Of a stretch of DNA of 32,000 bases, positions 17,103 to 26,566 are shown piece after piece. Each line of letters begins with the position of its first letter. Position 1 is the stretch's first letter. Position numbers and translations under genes: made by a program. The notes below the pieces were generated by a model. It saw only the letters and a list, made by a program, of their open reading frames with translations. It had not been told where the DNA came from and did no database searches. Source of the stretch: Candidatus Arthromitus sp. SFB-rat-Yit (GTDB lineage: Bacteria > Bacillota > Clostridia > Clostridiales > Clostridiaceae); NCBI RefSeq assembly GCF_000283555.1, contig NC_016012.1, forward strand, positions 750,001 through 782,000. Reading direction: 5' to 3'.

Positions 17103-19342
17103 TATATAAAAATGTATTTTGATTCTTCAACCTCATCAAGTCCTTTGTTTAAAAAATCTTCAATAATATTTTTCATATTTATTTTAATTATTTTAAGATT
17201 ATATTTCCCATCTTTATATTCATTTGTTTTTCCATCATCATAATAATATATTCCCTTTGCTACATCTCCATAAACATTAAAAGTTACCTTATTGGGTCTG
17301 TTCTCAGTATTTAAATATTTTTCATCATAAGTTGGTATTATGCTTCCTTCTTTAACAAAAATAATAACTTTATCTAAATCACATTTTATTTTATATCGTT
17401 TGTTACCGTTATAAATTTTATTACTCATAAAATCATACCATCTACCTTCTGGAAGATAAACAGTTTTATACATTTCTCCTTTATGTACTATCGGAGCAAT
17501 TAACATAGAATTTCCGAGCATAAATTCTTCTTTCATATTTATAACGTTTATATCATCTTGAAATTCCATGACAAGAGGTCTAAACAAAGGAAGACCATAT
17601 TTATGAGATTCATAGAAACATGTGTATATATAAGGCATCAATCTATATCTAAGCTCTATAGCATTTTTTGCTATTTTTTCAGCTCTTAAACCAAAAGACC
17701 ATGGTTCTTGCCTTCTTGTATATTTATTTGAATGATTTCTAAATATAGGAAGAAATGTTCCGATTTGCATCCATCTTATAAATAATTCTTCTTCACAATC
17801 TGACGAAAAACCCCCAACATCATTTCCAACAAAAGAAAAACCACTAATCCCTAAATTGCAATTCATTGGGATAGACATTCTGAGTTGACTCCACAAACTT
17901 GTATTATCTCCAGTCCAAATCGAAGTATATCTCTGACCTCCTGAATATATAGCTCTACTCATAGAAAAACTTCTTAAATTTTTATTTAATTCTTCCTGTG
18001 CTTCAAAAGAACATCTACTCATTTCAAGTCCATATCTGTTATGAAATTCCTTGTGCTCTAAAATCCCATAATCACCATTATGCAAACAATTCTCTGGTAT
18101 AGTTTTAAAGTCATTATTAAATACACATGGCTCATTCATGTCATTCCAAATTCCATCTATATTATAGTTAGCTATAAATTTTTTGAGTTCACTCTTCCAC
18201 CATTCCCTCGCCTGACTATTTGAAAAATCAGGAAATGCACTATCATTAGCCCACGCAGCTCCAATATATAAAGTTCCATCAGGATTTTTTACAAAATGAT
18301 CGCCATCTATACCATTTTTATAAACACTATAATTTTCATCAACTTTTACACCTGGGTCTAATATTGTTATTGTTTTAATCCCCTTACTTTTTAGAGTGCT
18401 TATGAGCGATTTCGCATCTTGAAACTCTGGAACTTTAAATGTCATTACTCTAAAACCATCCATGTAATCTATATCAAAATAAATTGCATCAAGAGGAATT
18501 TCTTTCTCTTCAAAAGTATTTACTATTTGAAGAATTTCTTTGCTATCCATATAACTAAATCTATTTTGTTGATATCCAAGACTCCAAAAAGGGGGCATAT
18601 CCATTTTTCCAGTTAGATTGCTATATTCACAAACAACATCTTTTATAGTTTCACCTAATATAAAATTATATTGTATATGCCCTCCTATAGCTCCGAAAAA
18701 TATTCTATCTTCATAGCTCCTTCCCATATCAAAAAAACTTCTAAAACTATTATCAAAGAATATCCCATAATTTTTTTCATCATTTAATGCCACATAGAAA
18801 GGTATTGTTTTATAAAAAACCAGAGATTTATCATCCGTTTCTGGATCGTCAGTATTAAAATTTTCCATATAACACCCTATTTTATTTAAATCTCCACCTC
18901 TTTCACCAAATCCATAATATGCATAACAATCATTAACTTTTGAAATATAAACATATCCATTTTCATCTTTAAAAGATGGCTCAAAATCCTCACACAAAAC
19001 ATTCCCAAATACATCTTTAAATGTAATTCTTGAATCAATCTTATTGACACAAGTTATTATTTTATCGCTCGATATGATTATTTCGTCCCCAATGTTTTGG
19101 GTTGTAAGAGTGATTTTATCATTCTTTAAAACAATTGAATTCGTATTTGATTTTTCGTCACATAAACCTCCGACAAATATTGACACAATGCTTTGATTAA
19201 TATATTCTACACAAACCTTTCTGAGATTGTAAAGTATAGTTACTGTATTTTCTTTTGAAATAATCTCCTCATAAACAAGGGGCTCTCCTTTATATGATTT
19301 AAATTTTTGATTTAAATTTTCTCTATATTTTAATTGTTCCAT
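17102..19342 (-). CDS. Cytoplasmic GH31 alpha-glycosidase (alpha-glucosidase-like)
   Basis: GH31 motifs WSLGYQQNRFSY, FDIDYMDGFRV, DGIWNDMNEP (nucleophile region) and IWTGDN. 746 aa with no signal peptide. SD GGGAGAAG. Own terminator and upstream region, so apparently monocistronic. Confidence 0.9.
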   Translation of the reverse strand: MEQLKYRENLNQKFKSYKGEPLVYEEIISKENTVTILYNLRKVCVEYINQSIVSIFVGGLCDEKSNTNSIVLKNDKITLTTQNIGDEIIISSDKIITCVNKIDSRITFKDVFGNVLCEDFEPSFKDENGYVYISKVNDCYAYYGFGERGGDLNKIGCYMENFNTDDPETDDKSLVFYKTIPFYVALNDEKNYGIFFDNSFRSFFDMGRSYEDRIFFGAIGGHIQYNFILGETIKDVVCEYSNLTGKMDMPPFWSLGYQQNRFSYMDSKEILQIVNTFEEKEIPLDAIYFDIDYMDGFRVMTFKVPEFQDAKSLISTLKSKGIKTITILDPGVKVDENYSVYKNGIDGDHFVKNPDGTLYIGAAWANDSAFPDFSNSQAREWWKSELKKFIANYNIDGIWNDMNEPCVFNNDFKTIPENCLHNGDYGILEHKEFHNRYGLEMSRCSFEAQEELNKNLRSFSMSRAIYSGGQRYTSIWTGDNTSLWSQLRMSIPMNCNLGISGFSFVGNDVGGFSSDCEEELFIRWMQIGTFLPIFRNHSNKYTRRQEPWSFGLRAEKIAKNAIELRYRLMPYIYTCFYESHKYGLPLFRPLVMEFQDDINVINMKEEFMLGNSMLIAPIVHKGEMYKTVYLPEGRWYDFMSNKIYNGNKRYKIKCDLDKVIIFVKEGSIIPTYDEKYLNTENRPNKVTFNVYGDVAKGIYYYDDGKTNEYKDGKYNLKIIKINMKNIIEDFLNKGLDEVEESKYIFI

Positions 19343-19469
19343 TTTATCTTCTCCCTAAATTTTTATTTAGTCTAACACAAATAACAAGGAATGTTTTAAT
19401 ATTAATGAAACAATATTGAATTTTACCATACAAAATATAAATTTTTCATTACATACAAATTTAGTATAA

Positions 19470-19505
19470 AAAAGCATTTGGCTAAAAATTAAGCCAAATG
19501 CTTTT
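19470..19505 (-). terminator. Terminator of pdxS-pdxT
   Basis: 14-bp arms AAAAGCATTTGGCT (19470-19483) / AGCCAAATGCTTTT (19492-19505). The U-run continues on the minus strand. It starts at the pdxT stop codon. Confidence 0.85.
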
Positions 19506-20082
19506 ATTTTAATTTAAATTTGCAACATTTATCCAAGAAATATTTATGGATTCTATCATCTTCTGTCAACTCTGGATGAAAAGATAATGCGATTTGATTG
19601 TTATATTCAACACCAACAATTTTGTTATCAACCTTGCTTAAAATTTCAACTCGAGGAGTTACGTGGGATATATATGGGGCACGTATAAATCTCATTGGGA
19701 AAACACCGATATTTTTAATTTCATGATCAATAGAGAAACTTCCTAATTGCCTTCCATATGCATTCCTTTTTATTGTCATTGGGATAGTTCCAAAACATAC
19801 ATTCCCTTCTCCTTCAATTTTTTCTGAAAGTAATATAGCTCCAGCACAAGTCCCCATAACAGGGAGTCCTATCAATATTTTTTCTTTAAGATCATTAAAC
19901 ATATCTAGATCATATAACAGCTTTCTCATCACTGTACTTTCACCACCAGGCAATATAAGTCCATCAAAATCCATATTTACATGAAATTTCTGTCTTATTT
20001 CAATACATTCAACTCCGAGTTTTTTTAAAATATTTTTATGTTCAATAAAAGCTCCTTGCACAGATAAAATTCCTATTTTCAT
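19504..20082 (-). CDS. pdxT: Pyridoxal 5'-phosphate synthase, glutaminase subunit
   Basis: MKIGILSVQGAFIEH N-terminus, active-site GTCAG, and HPE near the C-terminus. Lies immediately downstream of pdxS. Start taken at ATG 20082. Confidence 0.93.
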   Translation of the reverse strand: MKIGILSVQGAFIEHKNILKKLGVECIEIRQKFHVNMDFDGLILPGGESTVMRKLLYDLDMFNDLKEKILIGLPVMGTCAGAILLSEKIEGEGNVCFGTIPMTIKRNAYGRQLGSFSIDHEIKNIGVFPMRFIRAPYISHVTPRVEILSKVDNKIVGVEYNNQIALSFHPELTEDDRIHKYFLDKCCKFKLK

Positions 20083-20088
20083 ATACAA

Positions 20089-20964
20089 CTATTTACCTCT
20101 TTCAGACATAAGAAGTTCAATTTCATCTGGATTAATTCCAACCATTGCTTCTCCAAGATCTTCAGATAATTTAGCAATAAGTTTACTATCATTATAATTT
20201 GTAACAGCTTGTACAATAGATGTTGCTCTTTTTACAGGGTTTCCCGATTTGAAAATTCCTGATCCTACAAAAACACCTTCTGCTCCGAGTTGCATCATAA
20301 GTGCAGCATCTGCAGGAGTAGCAATTCCACCAGCTGCAAAATTAACAACAGGCAACCTTTTATTTTCATGAACATAACATAAGAGATCATAAGGAACCTG
20401 AAGTTCTTTAGCTACATTATAAAGTTCATCTTCCCTCATCGATGAAACTTTAGATATTTCACAATTCATTTTTCTCATGTGTCTAACTGCTTGCACGATA
20501 TCTCCTGTACCTGGCTCACCCTTTGTTCTTATCATGCTAGCACCTTCATTAATTCTTCTTAAAGCTTCTCCTAAATCTTTTGCACCACAAACAAAAGGAA
20601 CATTAAAATTTCTTTTATTAATGTGTAAAATATCATCAGCAGGCGATAAAACTTCACTTTCATCAATATAATCAATCTCTATTGCTTCTAATATTTGTGC
20701 TTCAACAAAATGACCAATACGACATTTTGCCATAACTGGAATAGAAACAGCTTCTTGAATTCCTTTTATCATTTTCGGATCACTCATGCGAGATACTCCA
20801 CCAGCTGCACGAATATCTGCAGGTATACGTTCTAAAGCCATAACAGCACAAGCTCCTGACTCTTCAGCAATTTTTGCTTGCTCAGGTGTAGTAACATCCA
20901 TAATAACTCCACCCTTTAGCATTTTTGCTAATTCTTTGTTCAATTCATAACGATTATTATTCAC
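20089..20964 (-). CDS. pdxS: Pyridoxal 5'-phosphate synthase, lyase subunit
   Basis: Highly conserved PdxS sequence (GGVIMDV...[13 protein letters not shown]...[10 protein letters not shown]...[19 protein letters not shown]). GTG start 10 nt after GGAGG. Confidence 0.96.
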   Translation of the reverse strand: MNNNRYELNKELAKMLKGGVIMDVTTPEQAKIAEESGACAVMALERIPADIRAAGGVSRMSDPKMIKGIQEAVSIPVMAKCRIGHFVEAQILEAIEIDYIDESEVLSPADDILHINKRNFNVPFVCGAKDLGEALRRINEGASMIRTKGEPGTGDIVQAVRHMRKMNCEISKVSSMREDELYNVAKELQVPYDLLCYVHENKRLPVVNFAAGGIATPADAALMMQLGAEGVFVGSGIFKSGNPVKRATSIVQAVTNYNDSKLIAKLSEDLGEAMVGINPDEIELLMSERGK

Positions 20965-21037
20965 TTAAACATTACCTCCATAATAACTAAAGTTTTAAAT
21001 TAATTATAGCACCTCAAAACTTTTAAAGGAAACAAAC

Positions 21038-21065
21038 AAAAAAAGACTGTACAAAAATTGTACAG
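21038..21065 (-). terminator. Terminator of the DUF4214 surface-protein gene
   Basis: Stem CTGTACA (21047-21053) / TGTACAG (21059-21065) with a 5-nt loop. The A7 run at 21038-21044 gives U7 on the minus strand. Confidence 0.8.
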
Positions 21066-21076
21066 CCTAAAAATTT

Positions 21077-21964
21077 TTAATAAATACCTAAAGATGATAA
21101 TATACCACTAAATTCTTGTCCATTTGTCATTTCTTCAATAACATCTACCAAAGCTTTATTTTGAATATTGTGCATAGTTAACTCTTGATTGTATTTTGAT
21201 ACCCAATAATTAAATCCTTCTTGATCTGGATCTCTTTGGAATATACCTTTATAAAGAGCTCTTATTTTATCTTGAGTTGATGGTGCAACTTGCATAAACT
21301 CAGCTTCAACTAAAAGATTTTTAAAGAAATCTTTTAATGTTGTCTGACCAGTTGACAATCTTCCACTCCAGTAATCTAACCCTTGTGTATCGATACTTCT
21401 ATTAAATACATTTGTGTAAACTGTATTTAAATAATTGCTTAACGCTTGGCTATTTACATTTGATGGTGGTGGAGTTGGTGTTGGCACTGGAGTTGGAACT
21501 GGAGTCGGTGTTGGCGCTGGAGTTGGTGTTGGCGCTGGAGTAGTTGCCCCACCTCTAACAGTAAAAGGATTGATATTATAAATATAATCTATATCTCTAA
21601 AATCATCTTCAAATGTTAAACGCATATAACTATAAGTAACTCCTGGCATTAAACCGTATATTATAACGTTATTACCACTTCTTACATCTTCTACACCCTC
21701 AGGATCTCCATCAACACTAGATTTATAATTTCCCATACCAGCAGGAATTGGAATAGTAACTGCATAACTTCCATAATAAGTTGTTTCACCACTTACAGAA
21801 ACAGTTCCTTTATAAATATTTTGTCCATCTCTGGCATTATGTATTGCTGCTTTTGCGTCAGTATTATGTAATGTAGATGCTTGTACACTAGTAGCTCCAG
21901 CTAAAAACATAGACGAAAAAACTAAAACAGATGCTACAACTTTCTTTATTTTTCTAAAATTCAT
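21077..21964 (-). CDS. Secreted protein: N-terminal beta-rich domain, Pro/Thr linker, two C-terminal DUF4214-like repeats
   Basis: Signal peptide MNFRKIKKVVASVLVFSSMFLAGATSVQAS. Linker TPAPTPTPAPTPTPVPTPVPTPTPPP. DUF4214-like motifs FNRSIDTQGLDYWSGRLSTGQ...AEF and FQRDPDQEGFNYWVSKYN...GQEF. Start moved to ATG 21964, 8 nt after GGAGG; the ORF-track TTG lies inside the SD. Confidence 0.8.
   Translation of the reverse strand: MNFRKIKKVVASVLVFSSMFLAGATSVQASTLHNTDAKAAIHNARDGQNIYKGTVSVSGETTYYGSYAVTIPIPAGMGNYKSSVDGDPEGVEDVRSGNNVIIYGLMPGVTYSYMRLTFEDDFRDIDYIYNINPFTVRGGATTPAPTPTPAPTPTPVPTPVPTPTPPPSNVNSQALSNYLNTVYTNVFNRSIDTQGLDYWSGRLSTGQTTLKDFFKNLLVEAEFMQVAPSTQDKIRALYKGIFQRDPDQEGFNYWVSKYNQELTMHNIQNKALVDVIEEMTNGQEFSGILSSLGIY
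21464..21547 (-). repeat. Imperfect 6/18-nt tandem repeat array encoding the Pro/Thr linker
   Basis: GGTGTTGGCGCTGGAGTT (21507-21524) is followed directly by GGTGTTGGCGCTGGAGTA (21525-21542), 17/18 identical. The flanking units are GGnGTTGG variants. This is the most GC-rich patch in the right half of the window. Confidence 0.9.
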
Positions 21965-22002
21965 TAAATTTTCCTCCAAATTTTATAAATAGCATTGCAA
22001 GT

Positions 22003-22032
22003 ATTATATATAATAATTCGTTCTTTAGTCAA
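22003..22032 (-). promoter_or_regulatory. Near-consensus sigmaA promoter of the DUF4214 surface-protein gene
   Basis: On the minus strand: TTGACT (22032-22027), 18-nt spacer, TATAAT (22008-22003). Confidence 0.6.
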
Positions 22033-22075
22033 CCAACTTTATACAAATGATAAATATTTCCCCAAAAATTTTTAA

Positions 22076-22273
22076 TTACTTTTTTAAAAGCGTCAAAATA
22101 CCTTGTAAAGTTAATCCTATAATTAAAAAAATTATTAGACCTATTATAATTGCCCATATCCAATCTGAAGATCCATTACCATTTCTACCAATAATAATTG
22201 CAACCAATAGTCCGATGAACAGAGAGGCTGCCCAAAAAGCTCCTATAGATGAATCAATTTTATTTGGATACAT
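22076..22273 (-). CDS. Small hydrophobic protein, 65 aa, two predicted TM helices
   Basis: MYPNKIDSSIGAFWAASLFIGLLVAIIIG-RNGNGSSD-WIWAIIIGLIIFLIIGLTLQGILTLLKK. SD GGAG 9 nt upstream of the ATG. Near-consensus promoter at 22328-22356. No family recognised. Confidence 0.65.
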   Translation of the reverse strand: MYPNKIDSSIGAFWAASLFIGLLVAIIIGRNGNGSSDWIWAIIIGLIIFLIIGLTLQGILTLLKK

Positions 22274-22327
22274 TCATCTCAACTCCATTTCATTTCATTT
22301 AAAATTTATAATCATGCAATCACATTA

Positions 22328-22356
22328 ATTATAAAAAATAATCTCAAATATGTAAA
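22328..22356 (-). promoter_or_regulatory. Near-consensus sigmaA promoter of the 65-aa membrane peptide gene
   Basis: On the minus strand: TTTACA (22356-22351), 17-nt spacer, TATAAT (22333-22328). Confidence 0.6.
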
Positions 22357-22395
22357 TAAAATTTTACAAACAAGTTATAAAATTAATTTAAAGAT

Positions 22396-22430
22396 AAAAA
22401 ATTAAGCATTTACATAATGTAAATGCTTAA
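22396..22430 (-). terminator. Terminator of spoIVA
   Basis: 14-bp arms TTAAGCATTTACAT (22402-22415) / ATGTAAATGCTTAA (22417-22430). The A-run at 22396-22401 gives a U-tract on the minus strand. Confidence 0.85.
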
Positions 22431-22446
22431 TTTAACAATATATAGA

Positions 22447-23928
22447 TTAAAGAATTATACAAATCAAACCGCCACTACCTTCATTAACAATCTTTTGTAA
22501 TGTCCTCTGAATTTTTGCTTGAACATCATCTGGCATCTTATATAATTTGTTTTGAAGTCCCTCTTTAACTAATACTTCCAAGCTTTTTCCAAACATATTT
22601 GATTGCCACATACTAGATGGATCATTTTCGAATTGTTCAAGTAAAGATTTAACAAGCTCTTCAGTTTCTCTTTCTGTTCCCATTATAGGAGATATTTCAG
22701 TTTGAATATCAGCTTTAATTAAATGTAACGATGGTGCAGATGCTTTTAGTTTTACTCCATAACGTGTACCTTGTCTTATAATTTCAGGCTCTTCAAATCT
22801 CATTTCAGATAATTGAGGTGCAACTAAACCATATCCAGTTTCTCTAACATCATTTAAAGCTTGTTCAACTTTACTATATTCAACCTTAGCTTTATATAAA
22901 TCCTTTATAAATTCTAATAAATGTCCTTCGTCTTGAATCTCTTGTCCACATATTTCACTTAATATTTTGTAGAAAATATTACTATGAACATTAAATTTAA
23001 TTCTAGATTTTCCATTTCCAAGACTAGTTTCTACTATATCTATTCCACTTACAACCTCATCTTTTTCAACTATATAATCAGTAATCTTTTTAACATCGCT
23101 GATCTTATTTATATCTTGACTCATCTCTCTTATTAAAGATATGAAATTTTCTTTTAACCAATGTTTAGGATCAAGTCCATTTATCCAACTAGGCAAATCT
23201 ATATGAAGTTCTTTAACAGGAAATTCTGTCAATACTCTCTTAAATAATTTCTCTATATCTTCTTCTGTCATTTTAGCAATATCTATTGCTACAACTGGAA
23301 CATCATATTTTTCTTCAAGATTTAATTTTAACTCCTGAGTTTCAAATGTGTCAGGGTGTTTTGTATTTAAAACTACTACAAAAGGTTTATTTATACTTTT
23401 AAGATCAAGAATTACTCTTTCTTCAGCATCAACATAACTCTCTCTATCTATTCCTGTAAAAGAACCATCTGTAGTAACAACTACTCCAACAGTTGAATGG
23501 TCTGTTATAACTTTTCTTGTGCCAATTTCGGCAGCTTCTTCGAAAGCAATTTCTTCATCAAACCAGGGAGTTTTAACCATTTTAGGAGTATCTCCTTCTA
23601 AATGTCCTAAAGCCTCATCGACTATGTATCCAACACAATCAACTAATCTAACTTTTAATTTTAAGTTTTCATTAAAATTAATTTCAACTGCTTCATTAGG
23701 TATAAATTTAGGTTCAGTTGTATGAATGCTTTTTCCAGATCCACTTTGAGGTAATTCATCCCTAGCTCTTTCTTTTTTAAATGAATTTTCGATACGAGGA
23801 ATTACCATTTTATCCATAAAAGTTTTTATGAAAGTTGATTTTCCTGTTCTAACTGGTCCAACAACTCCTATATAGATGTCACCTTGCGTTCTTTTTGCTA
23901 TGTCTTCGTATATATTTAAGTTTTCCAA
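22447..23928 (-). CDS. spoIVA: Stage IV sporulation protein A (spore coat basement-layer ATPase)
   Basis: Collinear with B. subtilis SpoIVA as I recall it, from the N-terminus (ME..IY/F.DIA.RT.GDIY.GVVG.VRTGKSTFIK) to the C-terminus (NEGSGGLICIIL). Start set at TTG 23928, 8 nt after GGAGG, which reproduces the Bacillus N-terminal length; the ORF-track GTG 23943 lies inside the SD. Confidence 0.95.
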   Translation of the reverse strand: MENLNIYEDIAKRTQGDIYIGVVGPVRTGKSTFIKTFMDKMVIPRIENSFKKERARDELPQSGSGKSIHTTEPKFIPNEAVEINFNENLKLKVRLVDCVGYIVDEALGHLEGDTPKMVKTPWFDEEIAFEEAAEIGTRKVITDHSTVGVVVTTDGSFTGIDRESYVDAEERVILDLKSINKPFVVVLNTKHPDTFETQELKLNLEEKYDVPVVAIDIAKMTEEDIEKLFKRVLTEFPVKELHIDLPSWINGLDPKHWLKENFISLIREMSQDINKISDVKKITDYIVEKDEVVSGIDIVETSLGNGKSRIKFNVHSNIFYKILSEICGQEIQDEGHLLEFIKDLYKAKVEYSKVEQALNDVRETGYGLVAPQLSEMRFEEPEIIRQGTRYGVKLKASAPSLHLIKADIQTEISPIMGTERETEELVKSLLEQFENDPSSMWQSNMFGKSLEVLVKEGLQNKLYKMPDDVQAKIQRTLQKIVNEGSGGLICIIL

Positions 23929-24012
23929 TCTAAGTACCTCCACAATTTAACTTAATCTATTAAAATATATATTTTCTTTTTTTAACTTTATGACATTTAA
24001 TACTAATAATTA

Positions 24013-24054
24013 TTAAAAACAAAAATAGAGTACCGCTAAAATTTAGCAATACTC
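24013..24054 (-). terminator. Terminator of der-gpsA
   Basis: Minus-strand RNA: GAGUAUUGCUA-loop-UAGCGGUACUC (11 bp including two G.U pairs; + strand 24028-24054), followed by UAUUUUUGUUUUU. Confidence 0.75.
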
Positions 24055-24086
24055 CATGCAAAAATTATTTTCTAATAATTTTAAAT

Positions 24087-25085
24087 TTATATATTGAGAT
24101 TTTCATCTTTTTTATTCCTTGACATTAATGCTGTTTCTATATAATGCAATTCTTTATTATTGTACAATACTTCATAAATAGATTCTATTATGGGAACCTC
24201 AATGTTTTTTTCTTTCGCAATATTATAGAATATTTTACAAGCTGTTACTCCTTCAACAACCATACCTATTTTTTCAATAGCTTCATTAAGTTTCATTCCT
24301 TGACCAATAAGTAAACCACATTTTCTATTTCTACTATGATTGCTTAGACAAGTAACAATTAAATCCCCAATTCCTGTTAAACCGAAGAACGTTTCTAAGT
24401 GTCCTCCCATTGCAATACCCATCTTTACAAGATCATTTAAAGATCTTGTAATAATAGCTGCACTTGAATTATCTCCATATCCCATACCATTAATAATTCC
24501 TATAGCTAAAGCGATTATATTTTTCATCGCTCCACCTATTTCAACTCCAACAATATCTGGATTTGTATAAATTCTCAAAACATCATTCGATAATGTATCT
24601 CTAATTAAAATTGCTTTATCCATATTTTTTGAAGTAGCAACAAGTGCTGTGGGCTGTTTTGCTGCAACTTCTTCTGCATGACTCGGACCAGATAAAACAA
24701 CAATTGAATTATTTGGAAACTCCTCTTCCAAAACCTCAGACAATCTTTTATATGTACTTAACTCTATTCCTTTAGACAAACAAACTATAATAGCATTTTG
24801 CTTTAATTTATTATGTATTTTCTTTGATATTTCTCTTATAGCTTGCGATGGAACTGAAAGAAAGATAATATCACTATCATAAACAGCTTCATCAATATCA
24901 TTTGTTGCTATAACTTTTTCGGGAATGATGACGTTTTTCAAATATTTTATATTTTTTCTGTCACAATTAATCCCAGAAACGACATCTACATTTCTATCAT
25001 ACATTTTGATATTAAAATTATATTGTGAGAAAATCACAGCAAGTGCTGTCCCAAAACTTCCACTACCTAAAAATGTTAAATTCAT
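24087..25085 (-). CDS. gpsA: NAD(P)H-dependent glycerol-3-phosphate dehydrogenase
   Basis: N-terminal Rossmann motif [20 protein letters not shown] and [10 protein letters not shown] motifs. The ATGA overlap with der and the der-gpsA order are conserved in Firmicutes. Confidence 0.94.
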   Translation of the reverse strand: MNLTFLGSGSFGTALAVIFSQYNFNIKMYDRNVDVVSGINCDRKNIKYLKNVIIPEKVIATNDIDEAVYDSDIIFLSVPSQAIREISKKIHNKLKQNAIIVCLSKGIELSTYKRLSEVLEEEFPNNSIVVLSGPSHAEEVAAKQPTALVATSKNMDKAILIRDTLSNDVLRIYTNPDIVGVEIGGAMKNIIALAIGIINGMGYGDNSSAAIITRSLNDLVKMGIAMGGHLETFFGLTGIGDLIVTCLSNHSRNRKCGLLIGQGMKLNEAIEKIGMVVEGVTACKIFYNIAKEKNIEVPIIESIYEVLYNNKELHYIETALMSRNKKDENLNI

Positions 25086-26404
25086 TTCTTTTCTTTCCTC
25101 TCCTTATAATGTATGTCTATGCCTGTCCCCTCAAAGTCAAAGCTTTCTCTTATTTGATTATGAAGATATCTTGTATATGAAAAGTGTAGGGTTTTTTCAT
25201 CATTTATGAAAAATATAAATTTAGGCGGTTTGATATCAACTTGAGTACAATAATATATTTTTAATCTTTTTAGACCAACTATTGGAGGTTCTTTTATCAT
25301 AGTAGCTCTTCCAATAATTTCATTTAAAATTCCTGTTGGAACTCTTCTTGAATAATTATCATAACATTTTTTGGCAATTTTTAAAACTTGATGAATTCGC
25401 TGTCCTGTTAATGCAGATATAAATAGATACGGAGCATATGTAACAAAGCTAAGTTGATTTTGTATGTTCTTTTTAAATTCATTATAAGTTTTATCATTTT
25501 TCTCTACGATATCCCATTTATTTACAAGTATGACTATGGCTTTATTTCTTTCATGTGCATAACCAAGTATTTTTTCATCTTGCTCTGTCACCCCTTGAGT
25601 TGCATCAATCATAAGTATACAAACGTCACATCTATCGATACTATAAAGACTACGAATAACACTGTAATGCTCAATATTCTCTTTAATTTTTGACTTCTTC
25701 CTAATACCAGCTGTATCTATTAAATTAAATTTTCCAATTTCATTTTCAAAATATGTATCAATAGAATCTCTAGTTGTACCAGCTAAATCACTCACTATAG
25801 ACCTATTATATCCTAATAACTTATTTATCAATGAGGATTTACCTACATTAGGTTTACCGACAAAGGCAATTTTAACAATATCTTCCTCATCTTCTTCAAT
25901 TTCTATATCATCGAAATGTTTAACAAGTTCATCAAGCATATCACCAAGACCCAAAGCTTGAGTTGATGATATAGAACAAGGCTCACCTAAACCAAATTCA
26001 TAAAATTCATAAAAATTCATTTCATCTTTTTTAGAATCAATTTTGTTTACAACAAGTATTATAGGTTTTTTACTTTTGCGTAGTATTCTCGCAATTTCTC
26101 TATCCCCATCTACAAGACCAGATTTTCCATCTACAAGAAATAAAATAACATCAGCAGTTTCTATTGCAAGCTCTGTTTGAATCCTCATATTTTTAAACAT
26201 ATCATCACTTGTTTTAAATTCAATACCACCAGTATCAATCATTATGAATTTATGATTAAGCCATTCTGCATCTCTGTAAATTCTATCACGAGTAACTCCT
26301 GGAGAATCATCAACTATAGAAACTCTATCCCCAACAATTTTATTAAATAATGTAGATTTTCCCACATTAGGACGACCAACAATTGCAACGATTGGTTTTT
26401 TCAT
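25082..26404 (-). CDS. der: Ribosome-biogenesis GTPase Der (EngA), tandem GTPase domains
   Basis: Two G-domains (GRPNVGKST...DTGG...NKID and GKPNVGKSS...DTAG...NKWD) plus a KH-like C-terminus. SD GGAGG. Confidence 0.96.
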   Translation of the reverse strand: MKKPIVAIVGRPNVGKSTLFNKIVGDRVSIVDDSPGVTRDRIYRDAEWLNHKFIMIDTGGIEFKTSDDMFKNMRIQTELAIETADVILFLVDGKSGLVDGDREIARILRKSKKPIILVVNKIDSKKDEMNFYEFYEFGLGEPCSISSTQALGLGDMLDELVKHFDDIEIEEDEEDIVKIAFVGKPNVGKSSLINKLLGYNRSIVSDLAGTTRDSIDTYFENEIGKFNLIDTAGIRKKSKIKENIEHYSVIRSLYSIDRCDVCILMIDATQGVTEQDEKILGYAHERNKAIVILVNKWDIVEKNDKTYNEFKKNIQNQLSFVTYAPYLFISALTGQRIHQVLKIAKKCYDNYSRRVPTGILNEIIGRATMIKEPPIVGLKRLKIYYCTQVDIKPPKFIFFINDEKTLHFSYTRYLHNQIRESFDFEGTGIDIHYKERKEKK

Positions 26405-26520
26405 TTTTTATTCCTCCAATATATCTAGAAATAAAATATGTTTTTAATTTAAACTCATAAATTATTTAATCTTAATTTTATGTACTTATTGTATTATAAC
26501 ACAATATTTATTTCTAATTA

Positions 26521-26550
26521 AATAAAAAGGTACAGTTGCTACACTGTACC
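26521..26550 (-). terminator. Terminator after the M28 peptidase gene
   Basis: Stem GGTACAGT (26529-26536) / ACTGTACC (26543-26550) with a 6-nt loop. The A-run at 26524-26528 gives a U-tract on the minus strand. Confidence 0.85.
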
Positions 26551-26566
26551 AAAATATAAACTTATA

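Noticed and set aside
21464-21547. Short tandem repeats considered as a possible CRISPR or minisatellite locus
   Set aside because: The repeats are 6-18 nt, contiguous with no spacers, in frame, and translate to a Pro/Thr linker inside an intact ORF.
22047-22328. 93-aa + strand ORF overlapping the 65-aa peptide gene
   Set aside because: The minus-strand 65-aa ORF has a consensus promoter, an SD and a coherent two-TM design. The + strand ORF has none of these and runs into the convergent promoter region.
23944-24012. SigmaE promoter for spoIVA (CATAAAGT element)
   Set aside because: A CATA-type -10 is present, but I could not find a matching -35 at the right spacing. It is plausible biologically but not supported well enough to annotate.
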